UHGV virus genome: UHGV-1363143
Length of the DNA stretch: 64,000 nucleotides
Reading direction: 5' to 3' (one strand)
Source of the DNA: a virus
The notes under the pieces are model-generated. The model saw only the letters and a program-made list of their open reading frames with translations, had not been told where the DNA came from and searched no databases. The position numbers were made by a program, and so were the translations under genes. Shown here one piece after another: positions 17,286 through 27,367 of this stretch; positions within the stretch are counted from its first letter, which is position 1, and every line of letters starts with the position of its first letter.

Positions 17286-18110
17286 ATGAGTTTAGGTGGA
17301 GCACTTAAATCAATAGGTGGAGCTTTTGGATCTGGATTAAATGTCGGTACAGGTAAGTTTAAGTTAGCGTTAGGTGGCGCTGGTATTGGAGCCACTCTTG
17401 GCATGGGAGCTATTGGGGCAGCGGTAGGTGCTGGAACATCTGCATTTGTTCCTGATAGTGCAGTTGATCCAATGACTGGTGCAGCCGTTGGTGGAGCAGT
17501 AGGGGCCGCTGCATTACCAGCAGCTGGTCTCGCTGTTGGAGCAGTTGGAACAGTTGGAGTAGGTGCGGCTAAAATGGTACCAGGAATGGCAATGGGTGCT
17601 ATGAAAGGTGCCGCTGCAGCTTCTCCATATGTTGCTGGTATGGGAGTAAAGGCAGCCGAAAATGTAGCGTCAAAAATATGGGGAGTTGGTAGTAGACTTG
17701 TCAACTGGGATGAAAATGCAGATGCATTTAGTAAGGTTAAATTTACTGGACCAATAAGCGGAGTAAAAAGTGGATGGAATAGTGGACGTGCATTTACAAA
17801 AGAGTTCTCTAGAGCAGAAGGTTTTGGAAATAAATTAAAGGCGTTTGCTAAGAATCCTATTGAAAATTCAAGGGCCGCAATAAGTAAATCAGGGAAAGCA
17901 GCTGGTGGTATAGGATTAAATGCTGGTGTGCTAATAGGTGGAACTGCACTTATAGAAGGAACAAAGAAAGCATGGAACACATTAGAAACTGCTAAAATGG
18001 GACAAATGACTGGAGTAACAACAATGACTCCTCAGATACCAAGTTATGCAGATAATGCTGGTGCCACTGGAGATCTTGTTTTCGCATTAAATGCAAATAG
18101 GAGAGGATAG
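17286..18110 (+). CDS. glycine-zipper (Gly/Ala-rich) putative membrane-active protein
   Basis: 274 aa. The first about 130 residues are almost only G/A/V/L/M with repeated GxxxG/AxxxG. The local GC rise is explained by Gly/Ala codons. Confidence 0.55.
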   Translation: MSLGGALKSIGGAFGSGLNVGTGKFKLALGGAGIGATLGMGAIGAAVGAGTSAFVPDSAVDPMTGAAVGGAVGAAALPAAGLAVGAVGTVGVGAAKMVPGMAMGAMKGAAAASPYVAGMGVKAAENVASKIWGVGSRLVNWDENADAFSKVKFTGPISGVKSGWNSGRAFTKEFSRAEGFGNKLKAFAKNPIENSRAAISKSGKAAGGIGLNAGVLIGGTALIEGTKKAWNTLETAKMGQMTGVTTMTPQIPSYADNAGATGDLVFALNANRRG

Positions 18111-18113
18111 ATT

Positions 18114-18557
18114 ATGGCAACTAAGAATGTAGTAGGAAAAATATTAAATAATAAAAGTATTGGGGTGATGGGAGGTATATCCCTTGCTGCCAATGCTTAT
18201 TCAACAGTATCAGATTATAAGCAAAGTAGATTAGAAGGACATGGAAAAGTTGGTTCGGCTGTTACAGCTGTAGGAAATGCAGTAATGTTCGAAGCAATGG
18301 GATTCTGGCCAATGATGGCTTTTAGTGCAGCAAAGGAAGTTCCTAACATGATTGTCAATGGAGTGTTAAAAGCTAATGCAACAGCTAGATCAATGGATAG
18401 GTCAGCACGTAATGTTGCTTTTAATAATGCTACTTTTGCAGATAGTAAGCAAGCATTTACCATGAGGCAAGCTGGAATGCAAATGGCTCAAGCTAGTAAG
18501 TATAATCTACAACAAACCTTAATGGGAAATGAAGCTTCTGTAATGCACAGATTATAG
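18114..18557 (+). CDS. hydrophobic Ala/Gly-rich small protein (two putative TM helices; holin-like candidate)
   Basis: 147 aa with hydrophobic stretches IGVMGGISLAANAYSTV and AVTAVGNAVMFEAMGFWPMMAFSAA and a polar C-terminus. Confidence 0.45.
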   Translation: MATKNVVGKILNNKSIGVMGGISLAANAYSTVSDYKQSRLEGHGKVGSAVTAVGNAVMFEAMGFWPMMAFSAAKEVPNMIVNGVLKANATARSMDRSARNVAFNNATFADSKQAFTMRQAGMQMAQASKYNLQQTLMGNEASVMHRL

Positions 18558-18570
18558 GAGGTGATTTTAG

Positions 18571-19476
18571 ATGGCAAAAATTAATACAGGTAAAGTTTTA
18601 AATAATATCACAAAGGGATTAACAGGTGTCTTAGATGATGTTGCTGAAGAAGGCTTTGAGAAAAAGCTTAGAGGCACCCTTAAAGATATTGGTTATAAAG
18701 GAACTAGTTCGAATGGCAAATCAATATTAAAATTCGCTGGCAATAGCGTTGATGATGTTTCCGAAGAAGTAATTGATAAATTATATAATATCATTGATAA
18801 AAATAAAATAAAAAATATAGATGACTTAAGAGGATATACTAAAAGCATAGTCAATAAAGAGACCGTTGGAAAGAATACCTTGAATGTACTTTCAAGAGAT
18901 TTAGACATGGATCCAGCTAGTGTAAAAAGTATGCTTAGAAAGAAAGGCATCAAATCAAATGAAAATTTGACAAGTGAAGCCTTAGATCAAATTATTAAAA
19001 CATCTCAAAACACACCATCAAGGATTGTAAAAGAGACAGCTCAAGAGACTGCCGAGGAAACTGTCAAGAAAGCTGCAAAAGATTTACCAGGATCTACTCC
19101 TAATACCTCACCTGCACCTAATCATAAAGAATTAAAAAATGCTAGATATGATAGTGCAGATAGTTATATGAAATATAAGCAAAGTGCACAATATGAAGAA
19201 GTTTTAGAAGCATTTGAGAAAAAAGATTTTAATAATCCATTACTTAAAGAATTGAAAATAGATAGTTCTACAACTATGGATGAAATACAAGGAATGAGAG
19301 CGGCTGGAATAAACTCTGCAAACAAAAATGATATGGGATTTGTAGATTTTATGGGATATAATAAAATCCCTCAAATAGCAACTGGTGTAGCTGGTACTGC
19401 ATGGTTAGTAAATAAAATGGCTGCGTCTGGAGGTCAACAAACAAATAGTCAGCTATATGGACAAACGCCTTATTAA
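18571..19476 (+). CDS. hypothetical protein
   Basis: 301-aa ORF. Confidence 0.45.
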   Translation: MAKINTGKVLNNITKGLTGVLDDVAEEGFEKKLRGTLKDIGYKGTSSNGKSILKFAGNSVDDVSEEVIDKLYNIIDKNKIKNIDDLRGYTKSIVNKETVGKNTLNVLSRDLDMDPASVKSMLRKKGIKSNENLTSEALDQIIKTSQNTPSRIVKETAQETAEETVKKAAKDLPGSTPNTSPAPNHKELKNARYDSADSYMKYKQSAQYEEVLEAFEKKDFNNPLLKELKIDSSTTMDEIQGMRAAGINSANKNDMGFVDFMGYNKIPQIATGVAGTAWLVNKMAASGGQQTNSQLYGQTPY

Positions 19477-19514
19477 TAACGTAAGTATGCTGGAGTAATA
19501 ATGTATTGAGCTAA

Positions 19515-20012
19515 ATGCTACATGTTTTTGAAAGGATGAAGGCTATGAAATTAGATGTTAAGAAATCTTTAACTGGTGGAGAGTTTAAGGTATCTATCGA
19601 ATTCAAATCTTATGAAGTATTTGAAGAAGGATTGATGGAAGATTTCGGAACTCCAGTATTACAAATCCCAGTGTCTACTTGGGGAGCAACTGCAACTTCT
19701 AATGAAGGCAAGATTGTTATTGAAGATATTGAACAAGATAAAGCTGATGCAGTTTGTTCAATAGACTTAACTAAAGAAATAGACGTTAAGTTAGATAACT
19801 TATTTAAAACAGAATATGCAGTTAAAATTGCTGATATTGAAGAAGGAACATTAGCAGAACCATTAGATTCAGTAGTAAAAATGGCAGAAGCAAAATGTGC
19901 TTTATTTATTGAAGTAATTAAAAAAGAAGCAAAAGCTAAAATGGACAGCCTTAGAGCTATGAAGACAGATTTCGAAGCTGTTATTAAGAATCCTGAGGTA
20001 ATAAAAGTCTGA
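19515..20012 (+). CDS. hypothetical protein (start uncertain, ATG at 19536 or 19545 also possible)
   Basis: 165-aa ORF. Confidence 0.45.
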   Translation: MLHVFERMKAMKLDVKKSLTGGEFKVSIEFKSYEVFEEGLMEDFGTPVLQIPVSTWGATATSNEGKIVIEDIEQDKADAVCSIDLTKEIDVKLDNLFKTEYAVKIADIEEGTLAEPLDSVVKMAEAKCALFIEVIKKEAKAKMDSLRAMKTDFEAVIKNPEVIKV

Positions 20013-20030
20013 TCTAGAAGAGGTGACATA

Positions 20031-20396
20031 ATGAAGCTTAGAGTTCAAAAATCAATTAATAAAAGAATTATAAATCTTGAAATTGAGACAGCAAGTTTCA
20101 CTCCTGAAGAGAATAAAATGTTAGATATCTTAGGGGAGCCTATAATCAAATTCGAAAAGATATATGGAGATAATCTAGCAGTATCTTTAGAAAAGAGAAT
20201 TAGAACAGGATTCAAGGTTAAGGTTAGATTTGATGGAACTGAAGATATAGTTGCAGCAGACGAAGCTTGTGATAAGTTCTTAGAAGATCTACCAGAAGAA
20301 TTAGCTAAGGCTATGGAAAAATTAAAAATGCTATATGATGATATAAATGGTAAGGATGAAAATAAGCCTCCTAAATATATTGATATAGTGTACTAA
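20031..20396 (+). CDS. hypothetical protein (small-terminase position, not supported by motifs)
   Basis: 121-aa ORF immediately upstream of terL but separated from it by a terminator. Confidence 0.4.
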   Translation: MKLRVQKSINKRIINLEIETASFTPEENKMLDILGEPIIKFEKIYGDNLAVSLEKRIRTGFKVKVRFDGTEDIVAADEACDKFLEDLPEELAKAMEKLKMLYDDINGKDENKPPKYIDIVY

Positions 20397-20402
20397 GAGA
20401 AT

Positions 20403-20427
20403 GAGAGCAGCGATGCTCTCCTTTTTT
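20403..20427 (+). terminator. rho-independent terminator
   Basis: GAGAGCA-GCGA-TGCTCTC (7-bp stem, GNRA loop) followed by T6. Confidence 0.65.
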
Positions 20428-20490
20428 ATGTAACAAAACAAAAAAGCTAGGTAATAGATGGGGTAGAAAATACACAAAGGAGGAGTATTA

Positions 20491-22275
20491 ATGAGTGTTG
20501 AGAAAAGTACCCTATCGCCAGCACAGATAGAGCGTATGCGGGAAATTATGAGAGATCCCGTTAAATGGGCTCAAGTATTTGTTGTTACATTTGATGGGGC
20601 CAAAAAATGCGAAACTCCATGGACGGCACGTTGGTATCAAGTAGAAGCATTAAGAGATCCATCTTTAAAGAAGGTTCTTAGACAAGGAAGAAGAACTGGG
20701 AAAACTGAGGTTATGGTTCTTGATATGTTATGGAGAGCATTTACAAGGAGAAACTATAGATGTCTTACAGTTACACCATATGAGAACCAGGTAAGATTAC
20801 AATTCCAAAGACTTAGAGAATTAATAGATGCTTCACCTATGTTAAAAGCTGAAGTAGTATCTATGACTAAGAATCCATATGCAATTACATTTAAAAATCA
20901 TTCAGCGATCTTCGGGTTTACGACAGGGGCATCGTCGGGATCGGGCGCAGCAAGTATTCGAGGTCAGAGAGCAGATATGATATATATGGATGAGGTTGAC
21001 TATATGTCAGATGCAGACTTTGACTCAGTTACTGCGATTGCTGCCGAAAGAGCTGATATCGGTATAGTAATGTCATCTACTCCTACAGGTAGACGTTCAC
21101 AATTCTATAAAGCTTGTACAAATAAAGCTATGGGATATACAGAACATTACCACCCTTCAATGCACAACCCTAACTGGGGACCAGAAATGGAAGCAGAGTT
21201 AAGAGCACAGTTATCTGAGCAAGGTTATGTACATGAAGTTTTAGCCGAGTTCGGTACAGAAGATACTGGAGTATTTGATAAAGATAAAGTAGATAGAGCT
21301 ATGACATTTGAGCTATATGCATATAATGAGCTTGACTTCTATCAAAAGCAAAGGTGTGAAGATAATAATCTTAGACCTAATATCTATAACTATGCTAAAG
21401 GCCAAAGAGCCCACGTTAATCCATTTAGAACTATGGGGGTTGACTGGGATAAGTACGGTGCTTCTTCATCTATATTAATTCTAGACTATGACTTAATAAG
21501 AAGAAAGTTCAAAGTAATAAAGAGAGTAGAAGTGCCAAGATCAGAGTATTCTTACGATGCTGCTGTTAATTTAATTGTTGAACTTAATGATCAATATAAT
21601 CCAGCTTGGATTTATTGTGATGCAGGTTCAGGAGAATATCAAATAGAAAGACTTCACATAATAGGTCAAGAAAGACCATCAACTGGTTTAAGAAATAAAG
21701 TTAAGAGATTCCAATTCAAGCAATCACTTGACATAGTAGATCCTATTACATTTGAAACTACAAAGCAACCTATGAAACCATTTATGGTTACTCAGTTACA
21801 GATTGCATTTGAAAGAGAATTAATGATGTTATCTCCATTTGATGAAGTTCTTCATAAGCAATTAATTGACTACTCTGTTGAGAAAATTAGCATGAGTGGA
21901 CAACCAGTATTTACATCTGAAAATGAACACTTTGTTGACGCACTTGGATTAGCTTACTTAGCTATGGTTCTTGAATTTAAAGAGTTAACTAACATGATGA
22001 AGGAACCTGAGACTACTACAAAAGTAGAGTTTAGTAAGAAAACAATCGGAAGTGCTGGACTTAATAAGATGTTTGCTGATGTAGAAAATACAGCATTCAA
22101 TTCTTCAAATACAGTAATGCCTACTTATGATCCATCTGAGAGACGTGGAGATAGACCTTCTCAATATAAAGTACCATTAGGATATAGAAGTAGAAGTAGT
22201 TTTGGTGGTGCTTGGGGAAGTAGAACTAGTGGAACACGTAGAGGTGGAGGAGGAGTTGGTCGAAGCTCATGGTAG
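20491..22275 (+). CDS. terL: terminase large subunit (T4 gp17-like)
   Basis: Walker A RQGRRTGKTEVM, Walker B-like ADMIYMDEVDYM, about 600 aa with C-terminal nuclease-sized half; Gly/Arg-rich C-terminal tail. Confidence 0.85.
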   Translation: MSVEKSTLSPAQIERMREIMRDPVKWAQVFVVTFDGAKKCETPWTARWYQVEALRDPSLKKVLRQGRRTGKTEVMVLDMLWRAFTRRNYRCLTVTPYENQVRLQFQRLRELIDASPMLKAEVVSMTKNPYAITFKNHSAIFGFTTGASSGSGAASIRGQRADMIYMDEVDYMSDADFDSVTAIAAERADIGIVMSSTPTGRRSQFYKACTNKAMGYTEHYHPSMHNPNWGPEMEAELRAQLSEQGYVHEVLAEFGTEDTGVFDKDKVDRAMTFELYAYNELDFYQKQRCEDNNLRPNIYNYAKGQRAHVNPFRTMGVDWDKYGASSSILILDYDLIRRKFKVIKRVEVPRSEYSYDAAVNLIVELNDQYNPAWIYCDAGSGEYQIERLHIIGQERPSTGLRNKVKRFQFKQSLDIVDPITFETTKQPMKPFMVTQLQIAFERELMMLSPFDEVLHKQLIDYSVEKISMSGQPVFTSENEHFVDALGLAYLAMVLEFKELTNMMKEPETTTKVEFSKKTIGSAGLNKMFADVENTAFNSSNTVMPTYDPSERRGDRPSQYKVPLGYRSRSSFGGAWGSRTSGTRRGGGGVGRSSW

Positions 22276-22322
22276 CAGCACTATTAAGTGTTCTATATAT
22301 ATTAACCTCCCTCTTATAATTT

Positions 22323-22348
22323 GAGCGTCAGAAATGGCGCTCCTTTTT
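22323..22348 (+). terminator. terminator candidate
   Basis: GAGCG ... CGCTC stem followed by T5. Confidence 0.45.
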
Positions 22349-22367
22349 AGCAAAGGAAGTGACAATT

Positions 22368-23330
22368 ATGAATGAAGAAGAAATAAGACAGGAAAAAAAT
22401 AATATTTTATATAGGCCTGATTTGGACTATGACAAAAAATATGACACGGAAGGTTATCAAGAAGAAGTTACAGAAACCGAAGACTATGACAAAGAATCCG
22501 TAATTGAATCATTAAAAAAAGACATTGATAATATTAAAAAAGTTTTACCACTACTACCTACAGATTTAATAGAGATGGCTAAAAAACCTTTAACTATAGT
22601 TGAAAGTGTAATAGGGGATTTAGATGTTGAAAATAAACCAGTAAAGAATGAGGAGTCAGTTGTAGTAGTTACAGGTAAAAAAGAAGATGATGAGGAGGAT
22701 ATATATCCAGATACATTCTTTAGAGATGACGATGATCCTTTCATTATTATTAGCAATAGGAAAGATAAAATAACAATCATTAAAGAAACATATGATTATG
22801 ACTTAGCTTCAGTTATAGCTGACTATATAGATAAGTTAAATAAAGTAATGAATGATTATCTTAATAGCTTATTAAGTGTTACTAAATCTATAGATAAAGG
22901 TCAATATTCAAAAGTAGTTGCTCCTTATACTGGCAGTACTTCAAACGTAAGCAAAGATTACAAACATCTATCAGATTTAATAATCAGAAGTCAATTAACA
23001 CGACAAATGAAATCAAGACTTTATAATAAGAGATTTAATTTAGATAACTCTATTGCTCACATAAGAATCTGTAAAGCTGGAGTAGAACAGAAAATAAGAT
23101 ATTATGAAGCAAGTTATCAAAATGGTACGACTTATGCAGACCTATTAAGTAACAGACATTTAGAAAATAGTAGGATGATGTACGACAAAAAATATAAACA
23201 AAACTTTTTTAATTTGTACAAATACTTAAATAGCTCGGTAATATTATTGGATGAATGCTTCAAAATGCATATTAACGAAGCACAAGCAAAAATAATTTTA
23301 ATGATGAAAGAGGGAAATGAATTATGGTAA
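22368..23330 (+). CDS. acidic hypothetical protein (possible scaffold/prohead core component)
   Basis: Very acidic N-terminal third (EED-rich). ATG at 22368 preceded by AAGGAAG; the ORF-track start at 22359 is a GTG. Confidence 0.45.
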   Translation: MNEEEIRQEKNNILYRPDLDYDKKYDTEGYQEEVTETEDYDKESVIESLKKDIDNIKKVLPLLPTDLIEMAKKPLTIVESVIGDLDVENKPVKNEESVVVVTGKKEDDEEDIYPDTFFRDDDDPFIIISNRKDKITIIKETYDYDLASVIADYIDKLNKVMNDYLNSLLSVTKSIDKGQYSKVVAPYTGSTSNVSKDYKHLSDLIIRSQLTRQMKSRLYNKRFNLDNSIAHIRICKAGVEQKIRYYEASYQNGTTYADLLSNRHLENSRMMYDKKYKQNFFNLYKYLNSSVILLDECFKMHINEAQAKIILMMKEGNELW

Positions 23331-23626
23331 TTATGCCAACACAAGATAATATCGTTATAAAGCTACCTAAGGTAGATAGGGAACAAAAAACTCAATCAGG
23401 AATTATTTTAACTGGAGCAAGTAAACAACAAGATATGCCAGAACAAGGTACTGTAGTTGCTGTTGGCTCAGGAAGAATATTAAATAATGGAACTCAATTA
23501 AGTCCTTTTGTAAAAGAAGAGGATGAAGTTATATTCAATAAATTCGCTGGAACAAAAATCACATCAGATGATGCTGAATATTTAATCATTAAGGAGAACG
23601 ACATTCTAGCAGTTATAAAAAAATAA
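23324..23626 (+). CDS. groES: co-chaperonin GroES (Hsp10)
   Basis: Aligns along its whole length to E. coli GroES: SGIILTGASKQ vs AGGIVLTGSAAAK, VVAVGSGRILNNG vs VLAVGNGRILENG, DEVIFNKFAGTKI vs DIVIFNDGYGVKS, ENDILAVI vs ESDILAIV. Confidence 0.9.
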   Translation: MVIMPTQDNIVIKLPKVDREQKTQSGIILTGASKQQDMPEQGTVVAVGSGRILNNGTQLSPFVKEEDEVIFNKFAGTKITSDDAEYLIIKENDILAVIKK

Positions 23627-23638
23627 TAAAAAAAGCAG

Positions 23639-25936
23639 GTGAAAATAGTGGGATTATTTAGTGCCTTAGTAAATAAGGATATAGCTAAAGCTATTGAAAG
23701 AATAGAAGCTGAAAACAAAAGAAAAAACTTTTCTCCTGTAAACACAAATAGCAAAATAAAAGATTTTGTTATTAAGACAGTAGGCTTCATCAATAGCTAC
23801 AATATTGGAAGAGATATGCTAGCCCCACCAGAATATGATTTTGAAGAAATCAAACGTGCTGCTGAAACAGATTCATATATTAAAACATCATTAGATAAAT
23901 ATCAAAGAATGATATATAAAGCTGGATATTATCTAAAGTCAGAAAATGAAAAGAGTGTTGAATATATCAAAAAGCGTTTCAGAGTAATGTCATATGCAAC
24001 TGGTAAGCCTATGGATATTTTATTTCAAGAAATAGCTGATGACCTGATTACTTACTCAAACTGTATTTTAATAAAAACCAGAGTAAAACAAGTCATGCCA
24101 GGAATAAAAGCTGTCGGATTATTCGATTCATATCCTGTTGGAGGATATGCTCGTATAGATCCTTCTACTATTAGTATTCAAAGGGATGAACACGGTAATG
24201 TTTTAGGATATACACAAAGAACAGTTAATGGTAAAGAAAAGAAATATAAAACACAAGATGTTATCCATATTTACATGAATAAAGAATCAAGTAATGCATT
24301 TGGTACTCCAAAAGTTATTGCTGCACTTGAAGATGTAAAGCTATTAAGAAAGTTAGAGGGTAACGTGCTTGCGATAGTGCATAGATTTGCAATTCCAATA
24401 TTCCATTGGAAAATAGGTAAACCTCAGCAAGGATTCCAAGCAACAGACAAAGAGATAGAAGATGCAAGATATGAAATTGAAAACATGTCTTTAGATGGTG
24501 TAGTTATTACAAATGAAAAGACAGAAATAAATGTGCTTGGTGCAGAAGGTGCTGCAATTAATGCTGCTGAATACCTTAAATATTTTGAACAAAGAGTATT
24601 TACTGCTTTAGACTCATCAGCTTCTCAAATGGGAAGAGGTGGAGCTAAACAAGATGCAGATTCAATGGAAGCTCAATCTCATGATTATATCAAATCAGTT
24701 CAAAGAACCATTTCTATATTCTTAGAAAACTTCATAATTAGTGAATTATTACTTGAAGGTGGTTTTAACCCTATCCTAAATGAAAAAGACATTGTTGAAT
24801 ATGTGTTTAATGAAATAAGTCTTGATACAAAGATTAAAGTTGAAAACCATGAAATGCTTAAGTATCAATCTAATATGCAAACTCTTGAAGAGGCTAGAAG
24901 AAATATTGGATATAAAGATTCTACTGATGAAAAGAGATTATATAAGAACCTTATTGAAGTACCAGCTCAAATTAAAGTTGTTCAGGCAACAGCTAAAGCT
25001 CAAACAGCTTCATCAATAGAAGTAGCTGAAGTTAATGGAAGAATAGCTGAAGATGCAGCTAAATCTCAAGCTAAGAGAGATGAAAAATTAGCAGCTAAGT
25101 CTAATCAGGATTCTAATACAAATACTAATACTAATAGCAATTCTAATATAAAGTCTAATAGTAAGACTAATACAAAGTCTAATTCAAGTAGTAAAACTGG
25201 AACTTTAAGTAATGGTAAAAAAGCCAGTCAAACACCTAATAAGGATGTGGCAAATAGAAATAGACCAACTAATCAGCATGGTACTACCTCAGTTAAAGTA
25301 AAGGAGTCATTGGAAATAACAGAAAAGGTTATTAGAAATAAAAAGACTCACAAAAAGAAATATAAGGATTTCTACAGTAAGCTTGAAAGACTACGTAATA
25401 ATTTAATAGAAACAGACAATGATTTAGATTATCTATTCTCAATCTCTATCGAGTCCCTAGTTCAAGATATGAAACTAGCAATAGGACAAGCTTCGCAAGA
25501 AGGAATAGAGAAAGCTAAAAATGATCTTAACTCAATGAAAATAGATACTACTAATATTGCCTCAATTAATATATCTCTTGACTCAATGTATGAGAAAGCT
25601 CATGCAAGTATAAAGGATGTATTTAAAGATATTAAAACAAGATTGAACAATAACAGGGAATTGGAGAATGTTGATGCAGTAATAAATGCATTGGAATATA
25701 GATTTAGATTTATGATCGAATACATTCTACCAAAAACAGTATGGTATTCATACTTAAAAGCTGGAGAGGCAGCAGGTATAAAGAAAGCTAAAGTTGATTT
25801 TGGAGATAGCTCTGATTCTGAAAAATATGATGATGTAATTAATATAAATGCTTTTAGCTTAGATCAAATACCAGCGTTTCATCCATTCTGTGATTGTAAA
25901 TTGAAATTTTTAAAAAATGAGGCAGGTGAAAAATAA
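23639..25936 (+). CDS. portal protein with about 300-aa low-complexity/coiled-coil C-terminal extension (GTG start, uncertain)
   Basis: 765-aa ORF between terL/GroES and the protease-scaffold-capsid genes. Assignment mainly by synteny. N(T/S)N-repeat low-complexity stretch around aa 490-510. Confidence 0.5.
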   Translation: MKIVGLFSALVNKDIAKAIERIEAENKRKNFSPVNTNSKIKDFVIKTVGFINSYNIGRDMLAPPEYDFEEIKRAAETDSYIKTSLDKYQRMIYKAGYYLKSENEKSVEYIKKRFRVMSYATGKPMDILFQEIADDLITYSNCILIKTRVKQVMPGIKAVGLFDSYPVGGYARIDPSTISIQRDEHGNVLGYTQRTVNGKEKKYKTQDVIHIYMNKESSNAFGTPKVIAALEDVKLLRKLEGNVLAIVHRFAIPIFHWKIGKPQQGFQATDKEIEDARYEIENMSLDGVVITNEKTEINVLGAEGAAINAAEYLKYFEQRVFTALDSSASQMGRGGAKQDADSMEAQSHDYIKSVQRTISIFLENFIISELLLEGGFNPILNEKDIVEYVFNEISLDTKIKVENHEMLKYQSNMQTLEEARRNIGYKDSTDEKRLYKNLIEVPAQIKVVQATAKAQTASSIEVAEVNGRIAEDAAKSQAKRDEKLAAKSNQDSNTNTNTNSNSNIKSNSKTNTKSNSSSKTGTLSNGKKASQTPNKDVANRNRPTNQHGTTSVKVKESLEITEKVIRNKKTHKKKYKDFYSKLERLRNNLIETDNDLDYLFSISIESLVQDMKLAIGQASQEGIEKAKNDLNSMKIDTTNIASINISLDSMYEKAHASIKDVFKDIKTRLNNNRELENVDAVINALEYRFRFMIEYILPKTVWYSYLKAGEAAGIKKAKVDFGDSSDSEKYDDVININAFSLDQIPAFHPFCDCKLKFLKNEAGEK

Positions 25937-27336
25937 TGGCTATTGTATTGAAAGAATACTTAGGAAGCCCAATGGGAACTAGTGAAAATACTTTTACTCC
26001 GTTCTCATTAAAAGAAGGGTTAGATACAGGTAATGTAATAGCAAGCGACAGTGTAATGGTTGATATAGAAGGAATTCATGTTGGACCTACACGTAACTTT
26101 ACATGGTATACAGAGGAAGCTTTAAAAAGCTCTATACCAACTTGGACTAAACCTTATCAAAGGCCATTAATTCTACATCATAATGAAAAGGACGGAAAGA
26201 TAATCGGTAGAGTCCTAGCAGCCAACTATACAGACATGAATACCAGATCTAAGACTGGAGCATTGGTTTTTACATGCAATGTTCCAGACGATGATGGTAA
26301 AAGAGGCGTTAGAGACGGAAGATTAAAAACTGTTTCAATCGGTGTTATTGCACATGATGTTAGATGTAGTATCTGTGGTCATGTAATAAGTGAGTATGGA
26401 GAATGTGAGCATGAAAGAGGAATGGAGTATGACGGTAATGTATGTTACTGGATGATACATAAGATGGAAGCTAAAGAACTTTCATATGTAATTGTTCCAT
26501 CAGACATTTATGCACACAATATAAAAATCTATTCTCCAGGTGAAAAGAATCTTAGTGAAAATTTAAAGCAAGAAGGAGTGTTAAGTGTGACAAAAGCTAA
26601 GGAAATCAAAGAAAGTGCAGAAGGAACAGTGATTGTTGAAGATGCAGAAAAGAAGGTTGAAGCTATTGTTGAAGATGCTGATAAAAAAGTTGAAGAAACA
26701 AAGCAAGAGCCAGAAGCAAAAGAAGAACCAAAAGTTGAAGCCGAAGATGTAGAAACTTTAAAAGCTAGTGTAGCGAAACTAAAAGAAGTAATAGCTGAGC
26801 TAGAAAAAAAGGTTGAAGCTGCTGAAGCTAAGGCTCAAGAAGCAGAAGAATTAAGAACTGCGGCTGAACAAGAACTTGTAAGTGCAAACACTCAACTAAA
26901 GGAATTTGCAGTAGAACAAGTATTAATGTTAAGAGAACAATTAGGCAGACCAACTATGCTAAAAGAGAATCTATTAAAAAGATCTCAAGATTCATTAATG
27001 GATACTATTGTTGACTTAAAGGAAGAATTAACTCCAGTTCAAAAAACTGTAGAATTGACTGAATCTAATTCCAATACAGAAGAACTAGAAGTAAAGAAGT
27101 CAGTGGATGTTACAGAAAGTATTGAAGAAAAAACTACTGAGGTTGAAGATGTTGAGGATTTAACCAAAGTTGGAATGGTAGTTCAAGAATCTTTACTAGA
27201 TGAAGAAAAAGATTCAAGCATAAAAAAAGATGATAAAGTTGAAAAAATTTCTGGACTAGATGTTAAAGAGAGTGACGAGTCTAGTAATAGTGATTACGAA
27301 GCAACTTTATCGACATTGAAATTTTATAATCTTTAA
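25936..27336 (+). CDS. prohead core protein: putative protease-like N-domain with Cys4 zinc ribbon fused to acidic coiled-coil scaffold
   Basis: N-terminal about 200 aa contains CSICGH ... CEHERG. C-terminal 250 aa is E/K-rich coiled coil as in scaffolding proteins. Position between portal and capsid genes, like T4 gp21/gp22. Confidence 0.4.
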   Translation: MAIVLKEYLGSPMGTSENTFTPFSLKEGLDTGNVIASDSVMVDIEGIHVGPTRNFTWYTEEALKSSIPTWTKPYQRPLILHHNEKDGKIIGRVLAANYTDMNTRSKTGALVFTCNVPDDDGKRGVRDGRLKTVSIGVIAHDVRCSICGHVISEYGECEHERGMEYDGNVCYWMIHKMEAKELSYVIVPSDIYAHNIKIYSPGEKNLSENLKQEGVLSVTKAKEIKESAEGTVIVEDAEKKVEAIVEDADKKVEETKQEPEAKEEPKVEAEDVETLKASVAKLKEVIAELEKKVEAAEAKAQEAEELRTAAEQELVSANTQLKEFAVEQVLMLREQLGRPTMLKENLLKRSQDSLMDTIVDLKEELTPVQKTVELTESNSNTEELEVKKSVDVTESIEEKTTEVEDVEDLTKVGMVVQESLLDEEKDSSIKKDDKVEKISGLDVKESDESSNSDYEATLSTLKFYNL

Positions 27337-27367
27337 TATTTAAAAAAAAGAAGGAGAGTGCAAAACG

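Noticed and set aside
17282-17980. 232-aa antisense ORF (Pro/Ala-rich) opposite the glycine-zipper gene
   Set aside because: Shadow ORF created by the GC-rich Gly/Ala codon run on the + strand. Low-complexity translation, opposite to operon direction, no RBS.
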